Assembly (NCBI GenBank): GCA_951406725.2
Contig: OX597816.1
Span: 2,170,001-2,234,000 of the forward strand
Length of the DNA: 64,000 nucleotides
From: Octopus vulgaris
Lineage: Eukaryota
Direction of reading: 5' to 3'
Shown: positions 51,881 through 64,000 of the stretch, in pieces
How the letters are laid out: each line of letters starts with the position of its first letter
Numbering within the stretch: the first letter of the stretch is position 1
Notes under the pieces: generated by a model
The model's input: only the letters and a program-made list of their open reading frames with translations
Databases searched by the model: none
What the model was told of the DNA's origin: nothing
Position numbers and translations under genes: made by a program

Positions 51881-53609
51881 TTAAGCATTTTTCTTCATTT
51901 TATCACCTTACCGTCTTCTTCCGTTAGAAGAGTGCATGTGTTAAAGCACAATAATAAGTTATTAAACATTACCAAAAGCAATGTCATTATCTGCCAATTA
52001 AGACACATACCATGTGTGAAAATGGGAAGAGATTTTAGAAGAAGGAATAAAAAGATAAAAACCATTTGCTAACCATGGAAATTTCTTTAGAACTATGGTC
52101 TGAAGACAAGAAAGAAAGAAAAATGGAATTGGCAAGAAACCTAGTTTGCATGATCAGTTTTTAATCTCTAGTTTTGATGGAAAATGATTCTCTAAAATCA
52201 TCTAATTAAAAATGTACATGTTAGATAAAACTCTCCTTCTCTCTCTCTCTCTCTCTCTCAAATAGATTTCTTTCATTTTCCTTCAATTCTCTACACCATT
52301 CTAAGATTGGTTTTTGGATTAAACCTGATAATTGTCTGATTTTGAATGAAAATATTTTTTCTCCCCCAATCTACTCCAGCAGTTAATCTTAAATCTGAGA
52401 TTTTCATCAGACAATCTCTTCAAGCCTTTCGTTGAAACAAATAACTCTTGCTCTTTTCCCTTTCTAGGTTTCTGTTATAAGCAATGTTGTTCTTGTTGTT
52501 CATCATCATCATCACCACCATTACCATCATCTGCTTTATTTCCATTGTGAAACTACAGCAGAAGTCCCATCATTTTCCCACCCTTGCCCAGCAGTGAGGT
52601 TTCATGTCTGTTCTTGCAATATCCAAGGTTTCCGGTTGTGAACGTTGCATATACAATGAGAATATTTTTGTATCTTGCTAACCTCTGATGATTCTATGCC
52701 TGGTACTTGTAGTTTGATCTAGTTAGATATTGTTTAGATAAGTCACTGCATTGAGGTTTGTGTTCTCTTTACACTAGTATTTGTTGTTTTACACATTGTA
52801 ATTTTCCACATGCTAGTAAGGGTTAGACGAATTTATTACTGTTATTTTGTTTTACCGCCCGATGCCTTCATGTCACTAACTCTTACTTGGTTTATAAATT
52901 ATGGATGTTTTACTCCACGTCACTGCTGACAACTGAGAAATGTTTAGAGAAGTGCAGATGTCAACAGACGTGCAGACACATTCACATGTATACACACATA
53001 TACACATACTGAAGGACAGCCATTGACTTTTTCCCAACCACAGGAATTTTTAACCTAATATTTTACATGCTCTTATCTATAGCTTTATCTACCTCGTGTT
53101 TCTTTGTTAAAAATATTTTATATTCCTTCAAGTTTCTGAATTCTTATAATGGTAACATCTTTGAATTCTTGCTTGTGTGAACAGAGCTTCAAAATGGATG
53201 GAGAAAGTTCAAAGTGTTGCTTTAGTTTAAGGGTTAGCATTGTCTGTTGTGTTTACTGGTTTGACTTTTTTCATCCAAGAGATTTTTTTAACCCAATATT
53301 CTATATTCACACAAAATCCACTCAGAAGTCTTTGGTAATCAGAGCTATGGTAAAAGACATTTGCCCAAAGTGTCATACAGAGAGACTGAAACAGAAGCCA
53401 TGTGGTTGAGAAGCAAACTTTGTAACCCCTCAACCATGCTGGCCCCTATATATTCCTGTGTATATTTTGTTTATAAGAGTTATCAGTAATTTCTTTATGT
53501 AGTTTTTGGTGTGTTTATTTTGACTGGTGTTACCTATCTTATGAAAAGTAACTTTGGGAGTGTACTTTTTTGCCGCCATGGGTAATATCAGGAAATGCGG
53601 CATACATAC

Positions 53610-53880
53610 AATCATCATCATCGTTTAGTGTCCGCTTTCCATGCTGGCATGGGTTGGACGGTGCAACTGGGGTCTGGGAAGCCAGAAGGCTGCACCAGGC
53701 CCAGTCTGATCTGGTAATGTTTCTACGACTGGATGCCCTTCCTAACGCCAACCACTCCATGAGTGTAGTGAGTGCTTTTTACGTGCCACCGGCACAGGTG
53801 CCAGACGAGGCTGGCAAACGGCCACGGTCGGATGGTGCTTTTTACGTGCCACCGGCACGGAGGCCAGGTGAGGCTGGCAC
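53610..53880 (-). mobile_element. RTE 3'-end copy (older copies also near 870-1050, 7505-7830, 8355-8665, 11915-12120, 16680-16858, 29305-29500, 31240-31410, 33990-34280, 50870-51060)
   Basis: Same terminal sequence in reverse complement. Boundaries of the older copies are approximate. Confidence 0.8.
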
Positions 53881-54713
53881 AATAATTATTAAAATTTAAC
53901 TTTTATCAAATTTCTTGGTGTTTCTATAAAATGTGATGTGAATAGTAATTTTCCAAAGAAAAATATTTATTACTTTAAATTGAATGAAACAATTTAAAAA
54001 ATAATTGGTATTACTTCTCTGATAAACCCTCTGTCTCTGGAATACTTTCTCTCCACTTACCCTGCATCTCTGTATCTCCCTTCAGCTCTTGCCTTAGGAT
54101 GTTAAGTGTGACTGGAGAAATGAAGCAACCAACCAACTGATATTTCTATCAGCTTTTATTATATAGAGGTTCTTTTTGCTTTTTTCTGTAGTAATAGATT
54201 TCTTTGCTCTTCCCATCATTGCATTTTAATGTCTCATATTCCGAGTAGTTTATGTAATAAGTGTGTGTTTAGATGTTGTGTAAAAATGTCATTTTGATTG
54301 TCAGTAGAATGATGTCAGAACTTGTATTGATTCCAATGACTTTTTGCTGTTGTTTGTATATTAGCATCATTGATTTCACTGGATAGTCATGTCATAATGT
54401 TTTCAATTCAGATCCTTCAGAGTCATTGTTTTGTCTACATGTCTCTGTTTTTGTCTTCTTGATACCATAGCATACATTTCTGTAACAACAATACGCTTTT
54501 GATATGTGTACTACTACTACTACTGCTTGATTGGTTGTTAATGAATTGTTTATGAAAGGTTTGCTTGTGGTGCAGCAGTACGGCTGTCCGGTTAAGGAGC
54601 CGGTTTTCCAACCACACCCATGTCTTTGGGTTCAGTCCCCATGCATGGCATCATCTGAGCCTATGAAAGCCTTAACATTAGATTTAAGGGATACAAACTG
54701 AAAGAAGCTTGTT

Positions 54714-54751
<38 letters not shown>

Positions 54752-55706
54752 CTCTCTCTCTTCGTCTTCACATCACACATTAATTACAAAAGGCACTTCA
54801 TTGCCACAGAAACGGTGCTATTCATTCCCAATCCTCCATAAACACATATCCAAGCATGGGAAGAATTTTACCTTGCTTGCAATCAAGGTGAGGGTTGGTG
54901 ATATGAAGAGCATCCGACTGGAAAATGTACCTTAATGAAGTCCATCTGACCCATGCAAGCATAGAAAAATGGTAACGACTGTAACACCCTATACAATATT
55001 TACCATTTGGCAATGGCTTAGCAGGAGGGAGTTTTTTAAGGCCAGATGGAGCTTACTTTTTAAATTCATTATTAACATTTTCACCCTCTATGCTGTTGTT
55101 GTTTGATACAATAACCACAAAGAATGTCTCTCAATTTTCATATCTAATATTTTTCTTTGATAAATGTGATGTTTTAGCACATCTTTTACACTATTCCTTT
55201 TGTACCACATAAAAATAAAAAAATACTGCATGGAATTATAAAAAAATTTTTTTTCACTCAGTTATTTGTGAAGAGTTTGTGTGTTGTCGTTTACAGCAGC
55301 AGGAGAAAGAAAAGAAGAGAGATTTTGAATTTTACCAACTTCATATTGATTCCAGTCACAGTAGGCTGTGGATAGATTACTCTGGATCGCACTTGAATGG
55401 AGGCTGTATCGCATGCCTCTATCATTGGAAGATCGTCATCTCTGTCATCACTGCCGTCATCATCGTCATCATAATATACTGCCCATATCATCATTATTAT
55501 CACAATTTATTTCTTTTATGAAGCTTATATATATATTTATGTGCACACACACACACATACATACACACACACACACACATACACACGCACACACACACAC
55601 ATACATACGCACACACTCTAAACTCTACTGCCATGATTGATCTAATATTTCTTGATATCTAAGTGCTGTGTGTTTTTGCTAGCTGTAGACTCATTGAACA
55701 ACTACT

Positions 55707-55737
<31 letters not shown>

Positions 55738-56189
55738 TGAGTGCAGTGAATTTTCCTCTTTTGTTATTCCTCGTTTTCATCTCTTTGATGATATTCAATA
55801 AACTGTTTCTCTCAGTAAAATAGCAAAGGGCAAACATGAGACACTATTAAACATTGTTTCTTTTTCCCTTTCTTTTTCTTTATGCTCTGATTCAAACAAA
55901 CAAGACAGTGAATCGAGTTCTAAGCTCGGCTAGTTGCATATTGACATTAGGGCAAACAAATAAAATTTCTTTCATGGAAATTTGATGCTAGATTGTTATT
56001 CTTATTTCTTGTTACACCGACAATTCTTGACAACTAAAACTTGCCCTGCACTTTGTCCCTGAACTTACCCTGTTTTTTTTACATTCCTCTTTGCTCAGAT
56101 GTGTTTTTGTCTTATCTCAGCCAAAACTTTGTGTGTGTCATATTTACAGTTATGTACATGCACATAGAACAACCTAAAGCAAACAAAAG

Positions 56190-56256
<67 letters not shown>

Positions 56257-56777
56257 AAATAATATACATACATTTTGAATTAGCTATTCTTGCCACAGTT
56301 GCTAAATTAATGTCTATGGTACTGCTCCACAGTCATGTATGTATAAACCAACTCAGATTGTCAGAATTACTAAATATTTTCTTCATGGATTTGTCATGTT
56401 TGAAAGAATTCATTTGTTTATTTTAAAAAGAAAATGTAGACAGAAAAATTTACTTCGAAGAAATAACTGTCAGGAAGCTATAGCATTACCATATTGGTAA
56501 TAATATGGCAATATATATGATGATGGTAGTGGTGGTGGTGGTCATGGTTGTGATATTGATGGTGATGGTGGTCGTAGTGGGATTGGTAGAAAAATAAAGG
56601 TTAATCACATTGACATTTTTCATCAAAGGTAAACAAACCAAAACGTGAACACCTACGATTATTATTGTAGCATTCCAGTCTAAGGAAAAGAGAAAGGGGA
56701 AAAATCAAAAATAGAAATACTAAGAAACAGAAACCAAGACCCTAACTCTGTGTAAAATAGGACATGACACATGCAAA

Positions 56778-56843
<66 letters not shown>

Positions 56844-57329
56844 ATAGTGGATAACGATGTCCATAGTGCAGGAGTAGCATTAAAAACAATTCTTACTTGA
56901 TGATGAAAATGAAGAGAAAATGGTATGTTTATAAAATATGGCATCCAAAGAGAAAGTAACGAGGTTTTGTAGAACTATAAAATCCTCGATACGTGTATTT
57001 GTTTGCCGTATGTTTTAATCAGTCTACTTTTGCTGGTTGTCATGTAAAATTCAAAAGGTGTGATTCATCATCCTCATCGTCAATTTTTTAACCTCCACTC
57101 TTCCTTGCTTGCATGGGTCAGATAGCATTTTGTTGAAGCAAATTTTCTACAGATGGATGCCCTTCCTGTTGCCAACCCTCACCTGTTTCCAAGTAAGGTA
57201 TTGTTTCTTCCTCTTGTCTGGGCATGGAATTGGCAGAAGACTGAAATCATAACACTTGTTTGACAGTGGCACTCACTTGCAACTATCATGTAATGTCAAG
57301 ACAAGGCCACACACACACACACACACACA

Positions 57330-57413
<84 letters not shown>

Positions 57414-58046
57414 ACAGGATCCTTTTAGTTTCTGCCTACACAACACTTTGTTTGGCCTTGGGCTATAGTAGATAACACTTGCCCCAGGAGCCTTGCGGTG
57501 AAACAAAACCCATATGATTGATTTGTATGCATTTTTCTCAGTCAAAGCTCACAACCTCTTCTTAATAATTATTTCAAATTTTTGCCACAAGGGGGGCAGC
57601 TTGGGGAGGTGGGGATGAGTCAATTACATTATTTTACTGACTCTGAAAGGATGAATGGCAATGTCAGCCTTGGTGGAATTTGAACTCAGAATGTAGCGAC
57701 AGGTGAAATACTGCTAAGCATTTCATCCAGAGTGCTAATGATTCTGCCAGCTCACCTCCTTGGTCACTTGATGATAATAATAACAAGCAAAAGTGTTAAA
57801 AAAGATGAGATTTGTTCAAAATATCCAAGAATGCTACGTAAATTACAGCTTTAGTTCATTTATATTAAGCAATTCAATGTCTTGTCTTGTGATGGCAGTT
57901 TCAATGATAATACAAGTTGTTGGAATTAGGATGATAATAGCAACCCTTATTCTAAGGGTTCACTTTTTATTAGCTTTAAGTAACTAGCTGTGTAGATGAT
58001 GTGCATATAGAAAAGCATATAACTTCTAGACTGGTATATTACTGAT

Positions 58047-58790
58047 ATGGCTCTGGGTCCAGTCCCACTGTGTGGAACCTTAAGTGAGTATCTTCTACTA
58101 TAGCCTTGGGCTTACCAAAGCCTTTGTATGTATGTGTGTGTGTGTGTATACACCTGTGTATACACATATATACACACATGTGTCTTTCTGTCTGTGTTTG
58201 TCCCACCACCACACACAACGACTTGACAACTGGCACTGGTATGTTTACGTCCCCATAACTTAGCAGTTTGGCAAAAGACACTGATAGAATAAGTACCAGG
58301 CTTATAAAAAGAAGTTCTGAGGTTGATTCATTTGACAAGAAATTCTTCAAGTTGCTGCCCCAGTCTGGCCACGCTCTAATGACTGGAACAAGTAACAGAT
58401 ATAAGACATACTCTTTTACTCTTTTACTTGTGTCAGTCATTTGACTGTGGCCATGCTGGAGCACCACCTTTAGTTGAGCAAATTGATCCCAGAGCTTATT
58501 CTTTGTAAGCCTAGTCCTTATTCTATTGGTCTCTTTTGCCGAACCGCTAAGTTACGGGGACGTAAACACACCAGCATCAGTTGTCAAGCAATGTTGGTGG
58601 GGACAAACACACACACATATACATATATGACGGGCTTCTTGCAGTTTCCATCTACCAAATCCACTCACAAGGCTTTGGTCGGCCCAAGGCTGTAGTAGAA
58701 GACATTTGCCCAAGGTGCCATGCAGTGGGACTGAACCGAGGACCATGTGGTTGGTAAGCAAGTTACTTACCACACAGCCACTTTTGCATA
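58047..58790. mobile_element. Tail-to-tail inverted pair of family A SINEs (+ about 58047-58405; - about 58409-58790)
   Basis: The second copy is the reverse complement of the first, with essentially no spacer. Confidence 0.85.
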
Positions 58791-58808
58791 TAAGCATACA
58801 GATATGTA

Positions 58809-58865
<57 letters not shown>

Positions 58866-60314
58866 TTGTGTGTATATATTTATAATGTCCATTATCGGAA
58901 AGTAATTTCTTATAAAATTTTATTCTTCCAAAATGTTTATCTTTGCATTTGTTGAATTTTGAAATTTGTGAGTATATATTTTTTAAAGAATTAGACTAGA
59001 TCATGGAATTTCTTTTCTGTTTAACATAATACTAAAGTACTGCATGTGTGTGTGTGTGAAATGTTTGTATGGGATGTGGCCCAAAAGAAAAAGAAAATCT
59101 TGGTTTCATCATACTTGATAAATGGTTCAACAGCAGATTTTTCTACTTCACCCTCTTTTATGAAGAAATATAATCCTTTGTTCCTTTATTTCTATAGATT
59201 GACTAGTCTTGGCATTAGATTTGTTAATGTTGTTTAGATATCTTGAGAATTGCTGACCCTTATACTTCCACTGGAATATTGATTCTTGTTAGGGAGAGTC
59301 TGACTCAAAGTGAATCCTCTGCTGTTGCCCTTTGCGATTCATCTAAAATTTCAAAGAAAGGGATCTCTTTTTCTGTAACAGTTCAGCCATAATTACTTTT
59401 GGATCTTATATGAATTGCTATGAATAAATTTGATTGAAACGAATGATATTATGTGCTTGGCAAGCACGTTTTTCCCATTTCTTTTTTTTTTTTTTGCTCT
59501 CTTCATTTATTTCATTCATTGTTGCTATGGTGATATGATAATCATTAATTCATCCAAACACACACACACACAGACACACAGATACAACAACCATACTCAG
59601 CCATTATATTATCATTTCTGAGCTGATCCTAATTTCTGCTTATCAAACAAATTTCCTTCTGTACCTTGGTCTGTAAACTAAATCAGAAACTAAGTTTTCT
59701 TGATGGGTGAAATTTTTATTGAATTTTCCTCCCCACTAAACTCATCAAATCCACAGAGAGCTGGCGTCTATTCTTACCCTTTTGTTTCACTACTTTTTGA
59801 CTTTGTGCATTGAGACTGTTATTTGTTTGTTTGTTTTTTCATTGATTTCATTTCAATTAGAATTTCATGAAGTCTCTCAACAGTTACATTCTGATAAACT
59901 GTTCACAATTTAATGTTTTTCTAGCTAAAAGCAACTTTATTTTTTTTTCTTCTTGCCTGATTTACTTTTTTGATTGTTGTGAGTGTTTTTTGCTTTCCTG
60001 TTACTGTGCACACATGCCTATTGAATATTTGTTTGTCAACTGGCCCCAGCCACCCCTGTACAAACAGACCTAAAATTCAGAGGGAAGTAATTCAACGGCT
60101 GGTAACAACTTACACATTTAACTCCTTATTTATGCTGCTTTAGTTTCATTTAGGGAATATAGTGTTTATTACATCATAAAAAGGGAGGAGTTTGCCTCCC
60201 ATCTTTGTGGTTTAGGGTGCAGTCCCACTGTGTGACCTCTTGGGCAATGTCTTCTACTATAACCCCTGAGGATTTGTTAGATAGAAACTGAAGAAGCTTG
60301 TTGTATAAGTGTCT

Positions 60315-60358
<44 letters not shown>

Positions 60359-62675
60359 TATGTGTGTTAGTGTCTCCTTGTGTTGATATTGTGTGGTTGT
60401 TGTAACTGAATATCACTGTTATGGAAGCAGTGTTACCCATTTCCAGTATTCTGTGAAAAATATCCCGTTGTTAGGCAATATTACATTGCTTGGAAATAGG
60501 TAAGAGGTAGCGACATTTGGAGCATGCGGCCAGTGAAAAGCTGCTTCAGTAAACTTTGTCCGACAAGCATGGAAAAAATGGATGTGAAAACAACGATGTC
60601 CTGTTTGGAGGCTTAGATAATTGTTGAATGAATTATAAGCAAACGTAGCTAATTCAAGATGATCTCCTCTCAGCAAAAACTTTGGTAAATGGTTGGTTAC
60701 CTCAGCTGAGATAATTTGATAATTGTATCAATTGAGTATGATAATAATTTAAGGAAGGTGTCAAATTCTAGTTTTGAAACTTTGGAGATGTATTTAGGTG
60801 TTTGTAGGTAACTGACATTTATTTACAGATAGTAATTCAAACAGAATAATATGCATTTACGAGCTGTCTTTGAACTAACATTCCTGTGGTTCTATTTGTG
60901 TTGGCCAGTTGACATTTAAAATTGTTCTTTCCATTAGAGGAAATTTGATTTTCAGATGTTTTGCAAGATTTACTGATCTCCCTATATCTAGTTGATTAAA
61001 GATTATTGTTTCAGTAAGGAATCTAAGAGACTGCAGAGGAATGATGGGAGGGAAGGGAACATGCAAACAAACGGCAGTAACCTAGGCAAAACCAATTCCT
61101 ATATTAAGAGCTGAAGACTCTTCTGTGCCCAGTTGTTGATCTTTTGATTTGAAGATAAAAAAAACTATGTCAGAATAAATAACACATGGAGAATTAAAAC
61201 ATTAGCACAAATTCATTTTTTAATGTTTTAGCAGATTTGAGCATTAATATGCTAATCACTTATATTTCATCTTTGGATGAATAACTTCTCCTTTCAAACA
61301 ATGTGTTTTCACAACACACATGATTCGTTGAAGCAAAGAGTCTTTTGAGACATTGGTGTTTCACCTTGGTTGTGTCTCTTTCAGTCAAAGCTATTCCAAT
61401 GTCAATGAATCAAAACAAGATTTGTATCTTTTCTGTATAGAATTCACAAACTAATTATTTGCTGACACTTGCTAATATCAGCCAAACTGATGATAATTCA
61501 TAATGATCTTGGAGAACAGTGAGAATCAAAATAATGACAAAAGCACTCACTTTTAACCCTTTCCAGCAGATCTGAATATGAATATGCTATTACTGTTATA
61601 TTCTGTTTTCAGAGAACAATTTTTTTCTTCATGACATGCTCCATTGATATAAGGGATCTTTGAGACTGTTTCGTATTTCCTTTGGAGTCAAAGCAATTAG
61701 CTTCTTGAGATCAACGTATTTACTGTTATATGGCAATATGGTATTTTTTTTTTTTTTGTATGAATTGAATTTTGTTTTATCCAACAAATTAGAATGCTAT
61801 TCAGAAGTCTTTTGTCCAGGTTGTGTGGATTATACATTTTAAAACTAGAACTACCCTTGATTAGCTCCCATTGACACAGAAATATTATTTCCAGACAATT
61901 TCTAAAAAATGATTCTGCCCTGGCAGAGTCTATTACATCATTCTCACTAATTAATTAAATGATTTTAGTTATTAAATTACCAAATCTGGAAAATGGTTAG
62001 TGTCATTTGAATTTCAGATTTGTATTTTTGTGAAAACCATAATCTTGGTGGAAGACTTTTACCAATTTCTCATTGCTGACTAGATTTTTGTAACAAATTG
62101 CTTTCTTGACAATTCTGTTGTTTTTGATAATCCTTTATTAAATGTGGCTCATATGAAATCCACAAGTTTAATTCATTAAACTTTTTGTTATTTAAAAAGC
62201 ATTAAAATTATATATATATACATAGAGAGAGAGAGATGGCCATCTTGCAGGCAGGATTTGTATAGCTTTCATTTTATTTTCCATCAAAAAAAAAAACCCC
62301 AGCTGTAAGTTAAGAAAGGAGAGGGAAAAGTTGAAGTAGATACGCATGAAAGTGGAATAAATTATTACTATCTGTAAAAGATAGATTTTAAAATGCTTGT
62401 GTAATGTCAAACTTCTTCTCTTTCTTCCATCAACTTCTAATCTTTCTTTCTCCTTTTATGTGGCTGACTGTCTGTCTGTCTCTCTCTATATATGTATATC
62501 TTTGTTCCTTTTTTTTCTCTCTCTTCTCTTCTCACGTGACTATTGGCCGACTGCTAGCCCTTTTGCATTTGACCATGGTCGCAGTCACATCTACATCTTT
62601 CCTCTGCCGTAAGGCTTAATTCCCAACACACCAGCTGAATTTGTCTCTAGTCGAAAGACGCCTTTTGTTATGTCC

Positions 62676-62712
<37 letters not shown>

Positions 62713-62984
62713 GTTTTTTTGTATTATTTTTGTATCCATATTCGAGTAACATCGTCCATTTTTCCATCCTTGTTTCGTATACATTCGATGCTTTTTTTCC
62801 AAGGAATCTAAATGCCCTTAGCTTAGTTTTTCCTTGGGGCTGGCCAGATTGGAGCAATCTCAAGATTAATCAGCCGAAATTGCGAGGATGATCTGGTTCT
62901 TGACTGAAGATTAAAGGCTTCGAATGACCCGTCGGTGTTTTTTGTATCGTCTATCTGGATGTTTTGCGTTCTTGTCCCATTTTG

Positions 62985-63022
<38 letters not shown>

Positions 63023-63130
63023 CGGCGTACGTACACTTTGTTCTCTCTCTCTCTCTCTCGATATATACTCACACATGCACACACTCACACATACAGTTCA
63101 TGTGTATATATATATATATATAGATATATA

Positions 63131-63168
63131 TCTTTCTGTTGAAGAGCGTAGGCTCGAAACGTAAAAGA
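63131..63168 (+). ncRNA. Minimal type I hammerhead-like motif (variant core)
   Basis: UCUUU-CUGUUGA-A-GAGC(GUAG)GCUC-GAAA-CG-U-A-AAAGA. Stem I 5 bp, stem II 4 bp, palindromic ACGU minimal stem III. Core has U in place of A6. Confidence 0.55.
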
Positions 63169-63588
63169 CTTGTTTTATTTCTATTCCTGAGCGCCATACT
63201 AATACAGGAGAGAGATGGTGGCAAAGTGCCAGGCATACTCACAAGGGATCAGAATATAATGGGGTGGTTGAGTAAAAGAAGAGAGAGATGTAGATGTTGT
63301 CAAGTGCCAGGCACAGAGGTCATAATATAAGTGGCAGGGCATTGGTAGAGAAGCACAAGGAGAAAGAGTGGAGGAGGTGAAAGCAGTGAATGGTGAAAAC
63401 CTGGATATGTAGAAAGGGGGTGGGAGGCTGCTGGATAGCAATGATCCAGTGAACAGGGCACCCCACCCCGTGAGGACAGGATTGGGGAGTGAGAGGTAAG
63501 CATAGTGCATGAAGGAGATGTGTGGAAGAGAAGAGGTGTTGGTTGGTTTGTTGTGAGAAGTTTTCTTGTTACATGTGGGTGGAAATAC

Positions 63589-63620
<32 letters not shown>

Positions 63621-63646
<26 letters not shown>

Positions 63647-64000
63647 TGTGTACAGTGCTCAGGTGCACTACAACTCATCTAAAGTGTATATATAATCAGG
63701 TGAAGTTTCGGTGGATTTCGGAAAGCATGAGGGCCTTAAAAGATGCAGTGTCATGGCAGTCAACAACTGACGCAGGCAGTTTATTCCATGCTTCAGCAAC
63801 TCTGAGCGTGAAAAAATGTTTCCGAAAGTCATGGGAGCTGTATTGTTTTCTGACTTTGTAGGCATGTCCACGTGTGTTAGACACATGGAGATCAAAAAGG
63901 TGTTCAGTGTTGTTGTTGGTGAGGTGGTTGATAACTTTGTGGGTGTTTACCAAGTCTGTCGCCAAACGCCGGAGCTTCAGTGAATCCATGCCCAGGGAAA
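63621..64000 (-). mobile_element. CR1/L2-group LINE 3' end (runs off the window); a 3'-UTR-only piece also at about 44767-44866
   Basis: ORF 63696-63989 (TRGHAYKVRKQ...HFFTLRVAEAWNKLP) is the same family as 6981-7459, with an (ATT)n tail. Confidence 0.88.

Noticed and set aside
51668-52072. 134-aa ORF
   Set aside because: Starts at a non-ATG codon and runs through a piggyBac MITE; no coding features.
55279-55640. Overlapping ORFs after a cagcagcag acceptor-like site
   Set aside because: Low-complexity (CAT)n-derived sequence, no good donor and no recognisable protein.
62895-62940. CUGAAGA...CGAAU...GUC hammerhead-like string in the TA-flanked 62530-62990 element
   Set aside because: GAAA is altered and stems I-III cannot be built convincingly. 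Mentioned only as weak context, not called.

Overview
AT-rich, repeat-dense eukaryotic genomic DNA. The SINE/LINE repertoire and microsatellite load point to an octopus (coleoid cephalopod); this rests on recognition of the repeats, not on a database search. Almost the whole window is intron of one + strand gene, an ARHGAP39/Vilse-type RhoGAP. The only confident coding sequence is a 102-nt exon for its first WW domain (38532-38633); a possible in-frame 72-nt upstream exon lies at 6304-6375. The rest is fragments of RTE, CR1-like and R4/Dong-like LINEs, at least four tRNA-SINE families, an (AAT)n-associated ~540-bp element, piggyBac-type MITEs, Helitron-like elements, a decayed mariner, and recent local duplications and minisatellites. 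Nearly all ORFs in the supplied track are microsatellite or repeat artefacts. The most interesting unexplained signal is a set of unrelated short elements sitting in or next to (TA)n-type microsatellites that carry hammerhead-ribozyme or hammerhead-like folds. One has an intact catalytic core and a long stem II (48192-48286, antisense to the host gene). A minimal variant-core motif occurs twice (63131-63168 and 44350-44387, sense). All folds were read by eye and none is tested.
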